Part shown: positions 46,253-55,627 of the stretch, one piece after another
How positions within the stretch are numbered: the stretch's first letter is position 1
Layout of the letters: every line of letters starts with the position of its first letter
Source of the DNA: an uncultured Gemmatimonadota bacterium
GTDB lineage: Bacteria; ARS69
Direction: 5' to 3'
Assembly (NCBI GenBank): GCA_964471155.1
Contig: CAYYFX010000006.1
Coordinates: 3,679-67,678, forward strand
DNA: 64,000 nt
Notes under the pieces: generated by a model
The model's input: the letters and a program-made list of their open reading frames with translations, nothing else
What the model was told of the DNA's origin: nothing
The model's database searches: none
Made by a program: the position numbers and the translations under genes

Positions 46253-46837
46253 TCAGGCGCCGAACCAGGCGGGCGCCGCGCCGGGCTTCCACTTGATGTT
46301 GCAGCCCACGCTGGGGGCCTGATCCGCCGGCGCGGCGCGCCCCTGCGCCACGGCGTCGATGGCCGCGCGGAGGTCCTTGCCGGTCACGGGCACGTCGTTG
46401 CCGGGGCGGCTGCCGTCGAGCTGCCCGCGGTACGCGAGCGCGCCGCTCGCGTCGAACAGGAAGAAGTCCGGCGTGCACGCGGCGCGGAACGCTTTCGCCG
46501 CATCCTGCGACGCGTCCAGCGCGTACGGGAACGTCCAGCCCTGGGCCACGGCCAGCTCCTTCATGAGCGGCGGCGCATCATCCGGGTACGCCTCCACGTC
46601 GTTCGAGTTGATGGCCACGACGCCGATGCCCGCATCCGCAGCGTGCTTCCCCACGCGGCCCAGCTCGGCCATGACGTGCTTCACGAAGGGACAGTGGTTG
46701 CACAGGAACATCACCAGCGTCCCCTTCGCGCCGGCGGCGTCGCGCTGCGTGACCGTGCGGCCGGTCACCGCGTCCACCACGGCGAACGCCGGGAGCGCGG
46801 TGCCGAGCTCGAGCATGGTGGACGGGGTCCTCGCCAT
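46253..46837 (-). CDS. Thioredoxin-fold thiol-disulfide oxidoreductase (AhpC/TSA-Redoxin-like)
   Basis: ATG 6 nt after GAGGAGG. CNHCPF (CxxC) active site. The AhpC/TSA-Redoxin-like family assignment is tentative. Confidence 0.7.
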   Translation of the reverse strand: MARTPSTMLELGTALPAFAVVDAVTGRTVTQRDAAGAKGTLVMFLCNHCPFVKHVMAELGRVGKHAADAGIGVVAINSNDVEAYPDDAPPLMKELAVAQGWTFPYALDASQDAAKAFRAACTPDFFLFDASGALAYRGQLDGSRPGNDVPVTGKDLRAAIDAVAQGRAAPADQAPSVGCNIKWKPGAAPAWFGA

Positions 46838-46945
46838 CGTTCGCCTCCTCGTGGATGCCGTTCGACCGAACCTAGGCCCGCATCCGCGCGCGGGCAAGGG
46901 CGGACGCGAGGTCCCGCCGGGGCGCGTCGCGACCGCTCCCGGGCC

Positions 46946-48115
46946 TCAGTCCCCGGACCGCGGCGCCGGCATTCCGCGCAGCACGAGGAACCCGACGACG
47001 CCCGAGACCAGGGACCCGAGCAGGATCCCCAGGCGTTCGAGGCCCAGGTACTCCGCATCGCCCGCCTCGAACGCGAGCGACGCGATGAACAGGCTCATCG
47101 TGAAGCCGATCCCGCACAGGAGCGCGGCGCCGTGCAGCGCGCGCCACCCCACGCCCTCCGGCAGCGAGGCGGCGCGCAGCGCCACGGCCAGCGCGCACGC
47201 GCCGAGGACGCCGACCTGCTTCCCGAGGAACAGCCCCGCCATGATGCCGAGCGGCACCGGGTGCACCAGATCCGCGACCGCGAGCCCCAGCACCGGCACC
47301 CCCGCGTTCGCGAACGCGAAGATCGGCATGACGCCGTAGGACACCCACGGATGCAGCGCGTGCTCCAGCGCGTGCAGCGGCGACTCCGCGTCCGGGCGCG
47401 CGTCCCGCGTGCGCAGCGGGATGCACATGGCCAGCGCCACCCCGGACAGCGTGGCATGGACGCCGGACTTCAGCACCGCCACCCAGAGCAGCACGCCCAC
47501 GAGAATGTACGGCCCCGTGCGGGTCACCCCGAAGCGGTTCAACGCCACGAGCACGGCCAGCAGCCCCGCCGCGAGGCCGAGGGAGAGCATCGAGAGCTTC
47601 GCCGTGTAGAAGATGGCGATGACGAGGATGGCGCCGAGGTCGTCGAAGATCGCCACGCTGAGGAGGAACACGCGCAGCGCCACGGGCGCGCGGCCCCCGA
47701 GCAGCGAGAACACGCCGAGCGCGAAGGCGATATCCGTGGCGGTGGGGATGGCCCAGCCGCGCATGGCCACGGGGTCGCCCCGGTTGAGCAGCGCGTAGAT
47801 CAGCGCGGGCGCGGCCATGCCGCCGGCCGCGGCGAACGCGGGAAGCGCGGCGCGGCGCACGCTGGAGAGGTGTCCCTCCACGATCTCGCGCTTCAACTCC
47901 AGTCCCACGAGCAGGAAGAAGACGGCCATGAGGCCGTCGTTGATCCAGAGCCACAGCGGCTTCGCCAGCTTGAACGTGCCGAGCTGGATGGCGAAGGGGA
48001 CGTCCAGCAGCGCGGTGTACGCGCCGGCCAGCGGCGAGTTCGCCACGATCATGGCCACCACCGTGGCGGCCATCAGCAGCATGCCGCCGGCGGCCTCGCC
48101 GCGCAGGAACTCCAT
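46946..48115 (-). CDS. nhaA: Na+/H+ antiporter NhaA
   Basis: NhaA signatures: [54 protein letters not shown]. 12 TM segments. Confidence 0.85.
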   Translation of the reverse strand: MEFLRGEAAGGMLLMAATVVAMIVANSPLAGAYTALLDVPFAIQLGTFKLAKPLWLWINDGLMAVFFLLVGLELKREIVEGHLSSVRRAALPAFAAAGGMAAPALIYALLNRGDPVAMRGWAIPTATDIAFALGVFSLLGGRAPVALRVFLLSVAIFDDLGAILVIAIFYTAKLSMLSLGLAAGLLAVLVALNRFGVTRTGPYILVGVLLWVAVLKSGVHATLSGVALAMCIPLRTRDARPDAESPLHALEHALHPWVSYGVMPIFAFANAGVPVLGLAVADLVHPVPLGIMAGLFLGKQVGVLGACALAVALRAASLPEGVGWRALHGAALLCGIGFTMSLFIASLAFEAGDAEYLGLERLGILLGSLVSGVVGFLVLRGMPAPRSGD

Positions 48116-48161
48116 CAGGCGCGAATCCCCCGGGGGGCCGAGCGGAGCGGCGGTCACGGGG

Positions 48162-48815
48162 TCAGGCCGCCGGATGCGCGGCGGCGGCGACGCGCGGCGC
48201 ACCGTCGAAGAAGTCCACCTCGCCGGTCTCCAGCGCGTACTCCGCGCCGACCACGAGCAGGCCGTCCCGCTGGATGAGCTGTTCGAGGATCTCGGAGCCG
48301 TGCCGGAGCTGGTTCGCGGAAACGCGCACGTTCGCGCGCACCGCCTCGCGGGCGAGCGCCTCGCGATCCGCGCGCAGCTCCGTGTGGAGCAGTCCCTCCA
48401 CCGAGGGCCGGACGCGGTCCACGATCGAGCGCAGGTTCCTGGACTGGTTCTCCGTGGGCCGCTGGAGCTGGTCCAGGACGGCGCCGATGGCGCCGCAGCG
48501 CGTGTGACCCAGGACGACGACGAGTCGCGTGCCGAACTGCTCGGCCGCGAACTCCACGCTCCCCACCTGCGAGGGCGCCACGATGTTCCCCGCCACCCGG
48601 ATCACGAAGAGGTCCCCCAGGCCCTGGTCGAAGATCATCTCCACGGGGACGCGCGAGTCCGAGCACCCCAGGATCACGGCGAACGGGCTCTGGCCGGCCA
48701 GGAAGTCGGCGCGGCGGGTCCCGCTCGCGAACGTGTCGAGGCTGCGTACCCCGGACGCGAAGCGCCGGTTCCCTTCCCGCAGGCGTTCGAGGGCTTCGAG
48801 GGCGGGGACGGTCAC
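48162..48815 (-). CDS. Beta-class carbonic anhydrase
   Basis: GTG start after GGGAGA. Zinc-ligand motifs CSDSRV and HTRCGA; [13 protein letters not shown]-terminus typical of beta-CA. Confidence 0.85.
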   Translation of the reverse strand: MTVPALEALERLREGNRRFASGVRSLDTFASGTRRADFLAGQSPFAVILGCSDSRVPVEMIFDQGLGDLFVIRVAGNIVAPSQVGSVEFAAEQFGTRLVVVLGHTRCGAIGAVLDQLQRPTENQSRNLRSIVDRVRPSVEGLLHTELRADREALAREAVRANVRVSANQLRHGSEILEQLIQRDGLLVVGAEYALETGEVDFFDGAPRVAAAAHPAA

Positions 48816-48885
48816 GGAGGTCTCCCGGATGGGCGTCGCGCGCAGGCTACGGGACGCCCGCCGCGATGTCGACCGCAACCGGTCG

Positions 48886-49401
48886 TCAGCCGCGGATCTC
48901 CCACTGCTCCCGCGGCCGCAGCGGGAAGTCCAGGCCCTGGGGGATGGGCCGGCCCAGGATCCGGCACATCGCGGCGATCTGCCCCTGGTGGTGGTAGAGG
49001 TGCGTGATCGTTCGCAGGACGATCTGCCCCGGGACGAGCGCCGGCTGATCGCCGTGCCACGTGCGCATCGGCCGCGGCGTGCTGAGTTCCCCGGGCGAAG
49101 CGGACCGCAGGTACGCGTCCGTCGCGCCGTGCACGTGCGCGCGGTACGCCTCCAGCGACGCGATCGTGGGGTAGTCCGCGTTGCGATCCTCGGCGTCGAA
49201 GGCGCCCTGGATCACGCCGATCCAGTACTGCTCCGCGCTCAGCTCGTGATGGAACTGCAGGCGCATCGTTCCGTCGCCGAAGCCGGGGATCTCCCGGTCG
49301 ATCTCCTCGGCGCCGAACGCGCGGCAGTGTGCCAGGAGACCGCGCACGCTGTGGTGCGCGCGATCGTGGATGTCACGGAGCAGGTCTCCCGTGTACATCA
49401 T
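48886..49401 (-). CDS. DinB/YfiT-like (DinB_2) metal-dependent hydrolase-fold protein
   Basis: A four-helix-bundle His triad is implied by HHELSAEQYW...HLYHHQGQ. Confidence 0.75.
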   Translation of the reverse strand: MMYTGDLLRDIHDRAHHSVRGLLAHCRAFGAEEIDREIPGFGDGTMRLQFHHELSAEQYWIGVIQGAFDAEDRNADYPTIASLEAYRAHVHGATDAYLRSASPGELSTPRPMRTWHGDQPALVPGQIVLRTITHLYHHQGQIAAMCRILGRPIPQGLDFPLRPREQWEIRG

Positions 49402-49904
49402 CCCCCGGTGGACGTCGGCTCGAGGGGCGGCAGCAGCTCGAGCCGGCGCAGCCGCAGGGTCCCGGCCACGTTCGCGACCGTCATCTCGAACCGAACGTCG
49501 CTGACGGCGCCGGAGTCCAGCGACCAGAACACCGCGGCCGTCGCCCGAGCGACGATGATCTCACCGAACGGCTGCGAGCCGCGGATGAGCGTCTCGAGCT
49601 CGATCTCGACGTCGCCGGGGCACCCCGGCGTGTCCGTCCAGTAGGAGGGGTCCAGCCAGGGCAGCAAGCAGGGATCCGAACCCTCCGGGATCACCGCCTC
49701 GAACGCCGGCGCGAGAAGGGACGAGTACTCCTCGAACGAGTGCGTCTGCACCGCGTTCTCGTAGGCGTCGAGGAACTCCGCGAGCAGATCCGGTCGGGGG
49801 TCCGCCGGGGGGTCGTCAGGGGCGCCCAGGAAGTCGCACGACGCCACAGCGACGGCCGCCAGCACCGGCAGCAGGCGAAGACCACGGGAAGGGAAGCCGT
49901 ACAT
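49398..49904 (-). CDS. Lipoprotein, function unknown
   Basis: Signal peptide with lipobox AVAVASC. Its stop overlaps the DinB start. Confidence 0.5.
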   Translation of the reverse strand: MYGFPSRGLRLLPVLAAVAVASCDFLGAPDDPPADPRPDLLAEFLDAYENAVQTHSFEEYSSLLAPAFEAVIPEGSDPCLLPWLDPSYWTDTPGCPGDVEIELETLIRGSQPFGEIIVARATAAVFWSLDSGAVSDVRFEMTVANVAGTLRLRRLELLPPLEPTSTGG

Positions 49905-49974
49905 CGCGCACCTCCACGGGGGCGACGGGCAGTGCCCAGAGTACCACGATCACCCCATGGCAAGGAACGGGGAC

Positions 49975-50574
49975 TCAGTCCATCCGGATCAGGTCCAGTC
50001 CCGGCAACGGCCCGCCCGGATACTGTTGCATGCGACCACCCTCCTTCAAGGAGCCGAGGTCCACGCACGCGAACCCGAGGCGTTCGATCAGCGCGCCCAC
50101 CTCGGCCTTCGCCTGCTCGTCATCCCCGGAGCAGAACATCACGCGCCGCCCGCCGGCCACCCGCGGGTCCTTCGCGAGCATCTCCGGTGTCAGCGTGTTG
50201 AACGCCTTCACCACGCGCGCCCCCGGCACCAGCTCCGCCACCACCTCGCTGGAGGTGCGCCCGCCGAGATCCGCCGGCACGAAATCCGGCGGCACGAGGG
50301 GGTTCGACGGGTCGATGAGGATGCGCCCGTTCCACGGCGGCGCGTCACGGACCGCCGCCGGGATGTCCGGCCACTTCACGGCCACGAAGACCATGGGCGC
50401 GGCGAGCGCCTCGCGCGGGGTCACCGCCCGCGTGCGCCCGCCGAGCTCCGCCACGAGCGGGGCGAGCGAGTCCGGCCCGCGCCGCGCGGCAAGCAGCGCT
50501 TCCACGCCGGCCCGCGCGAGCTGCGTGGCGAACGCCTTCCCGATCCCGCCGGTTCCGATCACGCCGACCTGCAT
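49975..50574 (-). CDS. NAD(P)-binding F420-dependent-NADP-reductase-like (NPD_FA) oxidoreductase
   Basis: ATG 7 nt after GGAGGA. Rossmann motif VGVIGTGGIGKAFA... Confidence 0.75.
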   Translation of the reverse strand: MQVGVIGTGGIGKAFATQLARAGVEALLAARRGPDSLAPLVAELGGRTRAVTPREALAAPMVFVAVKWPDIPAAVRDAPPWNGRILIDPSNPLVPPDFVPADLGGRTSSEVVAELVPGARVVKAFNTLTPEMLAKDPRVAGGRRVMFCSGDDEQAKAEVGALIERLGFACVDLGSLKEGGRMQQYPGGPLPGLDLIRMD

Positions 50575-50637
50575 GTGCGCTTCCTCCAAGATGCCGGATC
50601 CACGATCCGGACCGCCGGGTACGCCGCCCGCCGCATC

Positions 50638-51153
50638 CTAGCGGGTGTGGTGCGCGTGATGGTGGTCGTGACCCGCGCCGGGCTCCGCGGCGTGGCCCTT
50701 CGACTCCGGATCGTGTCCGTGGCGGGCGTGCACGACCGCATGGCCTCGTCCCCGGGCGATCAACCAGCGATTCACCGGGAACGCCGCCGCGCCCGCGAGG
50801 ATCAGGGATGCCGCGAGGCTTCCCCAGAAGCGCGGCGACGAGACGTGCGACTCCATCGCTCCCGGGATGACGAGCATGACAACGTTATCCACGACTTCCA
50901 TGATCGCGATGCTCGCCGTGTCGGCCGCCAGCGCCAGCCTGGCCGCGGCCCCCAGCGCAACGCCGGACGCGAGAAGGGGGCGCATCGTCAGCGAGTAGCC
51001 GAAGACGAACGCGAGAAGCACGGAGACGCCGATGGTCCGCCCCGTACCCCAGCCGAGCGTGTTGCCCAGGACCATGCCGAGCACCTCCCCGATGGCGCAG
51101 CCGGTGAGGCAGTGGATGGTGGCGCTCAGGGCGAGGCGATCGAGGTCCTTCAT
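50638..51153 (-). CDS. DUF4396-family membrane protein with a His-rich C-terminal tail
   Basis: ATG 6 nt after GAGGAG. ATIHCLTGCAIGE (CxxGC) and 4 TM segments. Tail HARHGHDPESKGHAAEPGAGHDHHHAHHTR. Confidence 0.6.
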   Translation of the reverse strand: MKDLDRLALSATIHCLTGCAIGEVLGMVLGNTLGWGTGRTIGVSVLLAFVFGYSLTMRPLLASGVALGAAARLALAADTASIAIMEVVDNVVMLVIPGAMESHVSSPRFWGSLAASLILAGAAAFPVNRWLIARGRGHAVVHARHGHDPESKGHAAEPGAGHDHHHAHHTR

Positions 51154-51244
51154 GGGCATCTCCTCTCTCGGCCGCCCGGCGATTGAACCGGCCGGGCGCC
51201 AGGGACTATCATTCGATGCGATCCGCCGACGGGAGATTCCCGGC

Positions 51245-53425
51245 ATGACCCCTTCGATCCTCCGCGCCCCTGCCCACGCCTGGACTCTCGCCTGCCTCGT
51301 CGCGGCCATGCCGGTTTCCGCCGCGGCGCAATGCGTCGACTACGCCGATCACCTGCGATGGATCGGTGGCGTGGACACCGGCTTCGACGGCGAGGCCCGC
51401 GACATCGCGGTCGCCGGATCCCGCGCATACCTGGCGAACCTCAACTCGGGCTTCTACGTCCTCGACGTGGGCGACCCGCGCGCGCCGCGCATCCTCGGTC
51501 ACGTGGACACGCCGCACTCGGCCTCGGCGGTGGACGTGGCCGGCCCGTACGCGTACGTCGCGGACGGCGCCACCGGGCTGCTCGTGATCGACGTGTCCGA
51601 TCCCGGGGATCCGCGGATCGTGGGCACCGTGGACACGCCGGGATACGCGTGGGACGTCGTCGTGTCGGGGACGCTCGCCTACCTGTCGGACCAGTACCGC
51701 CTGCTCGTGATCGACGTGGCGAACCCGGCCGCACCTTGGATCCGGGGCGGCGTGGATCTCGCCCAGTTCGGGGTACAGATCGCGCTCTCCGGGCACCACG
51801 TGTTCGCCGCCGTGCGCACGGCGGGTTTCCAGGTCATCGACGTCGGCGACCCGTCGGCGCCCGCGGTCGTGGCGGGCGGTCCTCCCACGCCGGTGGAGGG
51901 CATCGCCGTGCACGGCGCGCACGCCTACCTGGCCTGCCAGGGCAACGGCCTGGTCGTGCTGGACATCTCGGACCCGGTCCATCCGCAGGTCGTGGGCGTC
52001 GCGGACGAGCCGGGCGCGACCGCCGGCCGCGTGGCGGTGGACGGCCCGCTCGCCTGGGTCGCGGACGGCTCCCGGAGCGTACGCACCGTGGACGTGAGCG
52101 ACCCCGCGGATCCGCGCCTGCTCGGCCGCATGAGCCTCTCCCCCTTCTCGGTCCAGGGCATCGCGGCGATCGGCCCGCTCGCCTACGTGGCGAACGGCTA
52201 CGCCGGCGTGCAGATCCTCGACGGCACGGCGCCGGCGGCCGTGCCCACCCTCGGATCGCTGGACGAGTACCTCGGGTTCCGGGGCGTGGCCGCCACCGCC
52301 ACACACGCCTTCGTCGGCCTCGACGATCTGTTCCAGTCGGTGGACATCACCGACATCCACACGCCGGTCGCCGACGGCGGCGTTGCCCTGGGCCGCGACA
52401 TCCTCCGGATCGCCCTGGACGGGAATCTCGCGTATGTCGCGAACTCGGGACTCGCGATCGTGGACGTGAGCGATCCGCGCTTCCCGCAGATCGTCTCGAA
52501 CGTCGACGTGGGCGCACACTGCATCGACCTCGTTCTCGCGGGCACGCGCGTGCTCGCCGCGAGCGGCGAGGACGGGCTGGTCGTCTTCGACGTGAGCGAC
52601 CCCGCGGCGCCCGCGATCGAGGGTTGGATTCCCACCGGGGACTACGCCGCGGGCATCGCCCTGTACGGGAACCTGGCGTTCGTCGCCGACCGTGACGGGG
52701 GTCTGCTGGTCGTGGAGGTCTCCCGGCCGACGGCCCCCCGGATCATCGAGACGGTGCCGCTCCAGGACGCGGTGGACGTCGACGTCATCGGCGACGCCGT
52801 CGTCGTCGCGACGCAGCTCACCGGCATCCACGTCTTCCGAGCCACGGACCCGTCGGACCATCGCATCGTGACGAACCTGCGGACGCCGTACTCCACCCGC
52901 AGCGTCACGGGCGCCGGGCCGTTCGCGTACGTCGCCGACTCGGGGGTGGGCGTCGTGCTGGTCGACGTGTCGGATCCGCGGGCTCCCCGGGTGACCGGGT
53001 CCGTGGACGTCCCGTACTCCCGCGACATCTTCGTTGCCGCGGAGCACGTCTTCGTCACGACGACCTACGATCCCGGTGGCCTGCGCATCGTGCCGCGGCA
53101 CTGCGGTCCCGCCTTCGCCTCCACCGGTGTTCCTGTCCCCGCGTCCGCGGCCCCGACCGCGCTCCGGACGTTCCCCAATCCCAGCGTGAAGTTCGCGTCG
53201 GTGCGCGTGGAGACCTCCGCGCGAGGCGCCGTCCGCGCGACGATCCACGATGCCGCCGGCCGCCTCGTGCGCCGTCTCGCGGACGGCACGATGGACGCGG
53301 GCGCGCATGATCTCGCCTGGGACCACCGGGATGCGACCGGCCGGCCCGTGGCGTCCGGGGTCTACCTGCTGCGCGTGGCCACGGTGGACGGGACCCGCAC
53401 GACCCGCATGGTGGTCCTGAAGTAG
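51245..53425 (+). CDS. Secreted LVIVD-repeat beta-propeller protein with C-terminal T9SS-type (Por_Secre_tail) sorting domain
   Basis: Signal peptide ACLVAAMPVSAAA. At least 12 repeats of the L-V-V/I-D-V-S-D-P pattern (LLVIDVSDPGDPRIVG, LVVLDISDPVHPQVVG...). The last 84 aa FPNPSVKF...GVYLLRV...TRMVVLK fit the TIGR04183 pattern. Confidence 0.8.
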   Translation: MTPSILRAPAHAWTLACLVAAMPVSAAAQCVDYADHLRWIGGVDTGFDGEARDIAVAGSRAYLANLNSGFYVLDVGDPRAPRILGHVDTPHSASAVDVAGPYAYVADGATGLLVIDVSDPGDPRIVGTVDTPGYAWDVVVSGTLAYLSDQYRLLVIDVANPAAPWIRGGVDLAQFGVQIALSGHHVFAAVRTAGFQVIDVGDPSAPAVVAGGPPTPVEGIAVHGAHAYLACQGNGLVVLDISDPVHPQVVGVADEPGATAGRVAVDGPLAWVADGSRSVRTVDVSDPADPRLLGRMSLSPFSVQGIAAIGPLAYVANGYAGVQILDGTAPAAVPTLGSLDEYLGFRGVAATATHAFVGLDDLFQSVDITDIHTPVADGGVALGRDILRIALDGNLAYVANSGLAIVDVSDPRFPQIVSNVDVGAHCIDLVLAGTRVLAASGEDGLVVFDVSDPAAPAIEGWIPTGDYAAGIALYGNLAFVADRDGGLLVVEVSRPTAPRIIETVPLQDAVDVDVIGDAVVVATQLTGIHVFRATDPSDHRIVTNLRTPYSTRSVTGAGPFAYVADSGVGVVLVDVSDPRAPRVTGSVDVPYSRDIFVAAEHVFVTTTYDPGGLRIVPRHCGPAFASTGVPVPASAAPTALRTFPNPSVKFASVRVETSARGAVRATIHDAAGRLVRRLADGTMDAGAHDLAWDHRDATGRPVASGVYLLRVATVDGTRTTRMVVLK

Positions 53426-53426
53426 G

Positions 53427-54035
53427 CTAGGCGCGCGTGACGGCCAGCGTCAGTTGGTACACGCCCAGCGCCGCGAGGATCCCTCCGGATGCGAGCAGCA
53501 GGCCCCGCTGCGCGCGCGGTCCGAGCAGTCCGGCGGTGCCGAACGCCGCGATCATCCCGATCATGGTGGCGATCAGCGTGCCGTAGAACGCCGCGACCAC
53601 GGCCACGCCCGCGGCCGGCGACTCCCGCCACGCGTCCAACACGAGCGGACCGAGCACAAGGGTCCACCCCAGGTACGGACCCGGATTCAGGACGTTCACC
53701 ATCGTGGCCTGCAGCAGGGTCCGCGGCGACTGCGCGGCCGGTCGCGCACCGCCGGCGTCCCCGCGGCTCCACCGGCGGAGCACGCCCCACGCGAGGAACA
53801 GCAGGAGGACGCCGCCCGCGGCCCGGAGCGCGCCGCGCATTCCGGGCGAGAGCTGTCCCAGCACCAGGAGCGCCACGAGCGCGATGGGACCGTCGCTCAC
53901 CAGCGGAGCGAAGGCCGCGGGGATCGTCCGTCGCCATCCGTTCGCGAGCGTGCTCGAGAGGAGGTACGCGAAGAGGGGTCCGGGCTGCACGGCGGCCGCG
54001 AACGCCAGCCCGATCGCGACGACGACGTGGTTCAT
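53427..54035 (-). CDS. LysE/RhtB-family amino-acid exporter
   Basis: Six TM segments. The N-terminus AIGLAFAAAVQPGPLFAYLLSSTLANGWRR is a LysE motif. Confidence 0.75.
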   Translation of the reverse strand: MNHVVVAIGLAFAAAVQPGPLFAYLLSSTLANGWRRTIPAAFAPLVSDGPIALVALLVLGQLSPGMRGALRAAGGVLLLFLAWGVLRRWSRGDAGGARPAAQSPRTLLQATMVNVLNPGPYLGWTLVLGPLVLDAWRESPAAGVAVVAAFYGTLIATMIGMIAAFGTAGLLGPRAQRGLLLASGGILAALGVYQLTLAVTRA

Positions 54036-54108
54036 GCGCCGGCGCCCGCCGGCAGGCGCGGCACGCGCTCCAGGGACCGCCCGTGCTCCGCGGCCGCGCG
54101 CGCGCGCC

Positions 54109-54594
54109 TCAGCATGAGCGCGGCAACCCTCCGGCCCACTTCAGGATCCAGCGCATGCACCGGTGCGCCGCGTCCACGGGCTCGCAGTGCATCATGGGGC
54201 ACCCGCCGGGGATCACGCGCACGCCCGCCGCGCGCCCGGTGAGGACCGCGGTGTCGGACAGGCTGCCCGGACCGATCGAGCGGTGCACCCAGACGCGGCG
54301 GATCCCGCATCCGGCGCACCGGCGGATGACGTCGTCCGTCACGGACGGATGCGTGGCGACCACCACTCCGTCCACCGGCCCGGGGAGCGAGACCACGTCG
54401 GGGTAGCACGCGTCCCCCTCCACGCTCCCGGCATGCGGGTTGATGGCGTACACGGTGCGCCCCGACGCGCGGAGCTTCCGGTAGATCGCGTTCGCCGCGG
54501 AGTCCCCCGCGCGCGACACGCCGGCCACGGCGATCCGCTCCTGTGCCAGGAAGTCCCGCACCGCATCGTCGTAGGGGATCCGCTCTTCAGCCAC
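54109..54594 (-). CDS. CoA-binding-domain protein (YccU-like)
   Basis: GTG 9 nt after GGGGAG. ERIAVAGVSRAGDSAANAIYRKLRASGRTVYAINP...VDGVVVATHP. Confidence 0.7.
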   Translation of the reverse strand: MAEERIPYDDAVRDFLAQERIAVAGVSRAGDSAANAIYRKLRASGRTVYAINPHAGSVEGDACYPDVVSLPGPVDGVVVATHPSVTDDVIRRCAGCGIRRVWVHRSIGPGSLSDTAVLTGRAAGVRVIPGGCPMMHCEPVDAAHRCMRWILKWAGGLPRSC

Positions 54595-55525
54595 CGGGCA
54601 GCCGCTCCCCGGCGCCGCCGCTCGTCCGGTTCCCGCCGGCAAGCCGGTCCGCCAGCGCCGTGATCTCCTCGCATCGCGACAGGCGCTCCCGCCAGTGCGC
54701 CGGGATGCCGGCCTCCCCGTGGAACGCACCGGCCACCTGCCCGCACACGGCGGCCGTGGTGTCGGCATCGTCGCCCAGGTTGGCCGCGAGGAGGACGGCC
54801 TCCTCGAAGGTCTCCGAGCGCGCGAAGCACCACAGCGCGGCCTCCAGGCTGGCCACGACGTACCCCGTCCCGCGGATGTCCCTCTCGGGCTTCCCGCGGT
54901 AGTCGCCGCGGGCGATGGCGGCGATCCTCGCCTCGCCGCGGAACGTGGCCGCATCGCCCGACAGCACCGCCTCCTTCGCCGCTCCCCCGAGCGCGCGGCA
55001 CAGGATGCCCGCCAGCAGCCGGCACGCGTCCCGGCACTCCGCGGCTCCGTGCGTGGTCCGCGAGCTCTCGGCGGCGAAGTGCCGCGTGGCATCCACGTCC
55101 GGGAAGAAGAACATGGCGATCGGCGCGAGTCGCATGATGCAGCCGTTGCCGGCGGTATCGGGAGACACGGGACCGGCGAACGGTTCGCCGTCGCGGCGGA
55201 AGCGGCGAAGCGACCCGGCGACGGTGCCGCCGATGTCGAAGCAGGTCCCGTTGCTCGAAAGATAGCCCGACTCCGCCCACCGGCAATAGCGGCGCATCTG
55301 ATCCGCGGCATCGAACCCGCCGCACTCCACGAGGCTCGTGCCGAGGCAGAGGGCCATCGACGTGTCGTCGGTCCACTCGCCGGGCTCGAGATCGAACGGC
55401 CCCCCGCCGACCATGTCGGTGATCGGGGCGAACGACCCGCGCGGGTGGAACTCCACGGCGCTCCCCACGGCGTCTCCCGCCGCGAGACCGAGCAGGCACC
55501 CTCGCTGGCGCTCCCTGCCGGTCAT
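54587..55525 (-). CDS. ADP-ribosylglycohydrolase-family protein (DraG/ARH-like)
   Basis: RGCLLGLAAGDAVGSAVEF, WTDDTSMALCL, ANLGDDADTTAAVCGQVAGAFHG. Its stop overlaps the CoA-binding gene's start by 8 nt. Confidence 0.8.
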   Translation of the reverse strand: MTGRERQRGCLLGLAAGDAVGSAVEFHPRGSFAPITDMVGGGPFDLEPGEWTDDTSMALCLGTSLVECGGFDAADQMRRYCRWAESGYLSSNGTCFDIGGTVAGSLRRFRRDGEPFAGPVSPDTAGNGCIMRLAPIAMFFFPDVDATRHFAAESSRTTHGAAECRDACRLLAGILCRALGGAAKEAVLSGDAATFRGEARIAAIARGDYRGKPERDIRGTGYVVASLEAALWCFARSETFEEAVLLAANLGDDADTTAAVCGQVAGAFHGEAGIPAHWRERLSRCEEITALADRLAGGNRTSGGAGERLPGG

Positions 55526-55627
55526 GGCGTCTCCTCGGCGCTCGATTGTACGCCGCCCGCGCCGGCAGTGCGAAGGCCCCGCCCGGATGCCGGACGGGGC
55601 CCTCGTCGTTCACGCCGCGGGCGCGCG

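Noticed and set aside
54032-54409. 125-aa ORF between lysE and the CoA-binding gene
   Set aside because: Arg-rich (over 25% R) and overlaps the CoA-binding-protein gene in another frame.
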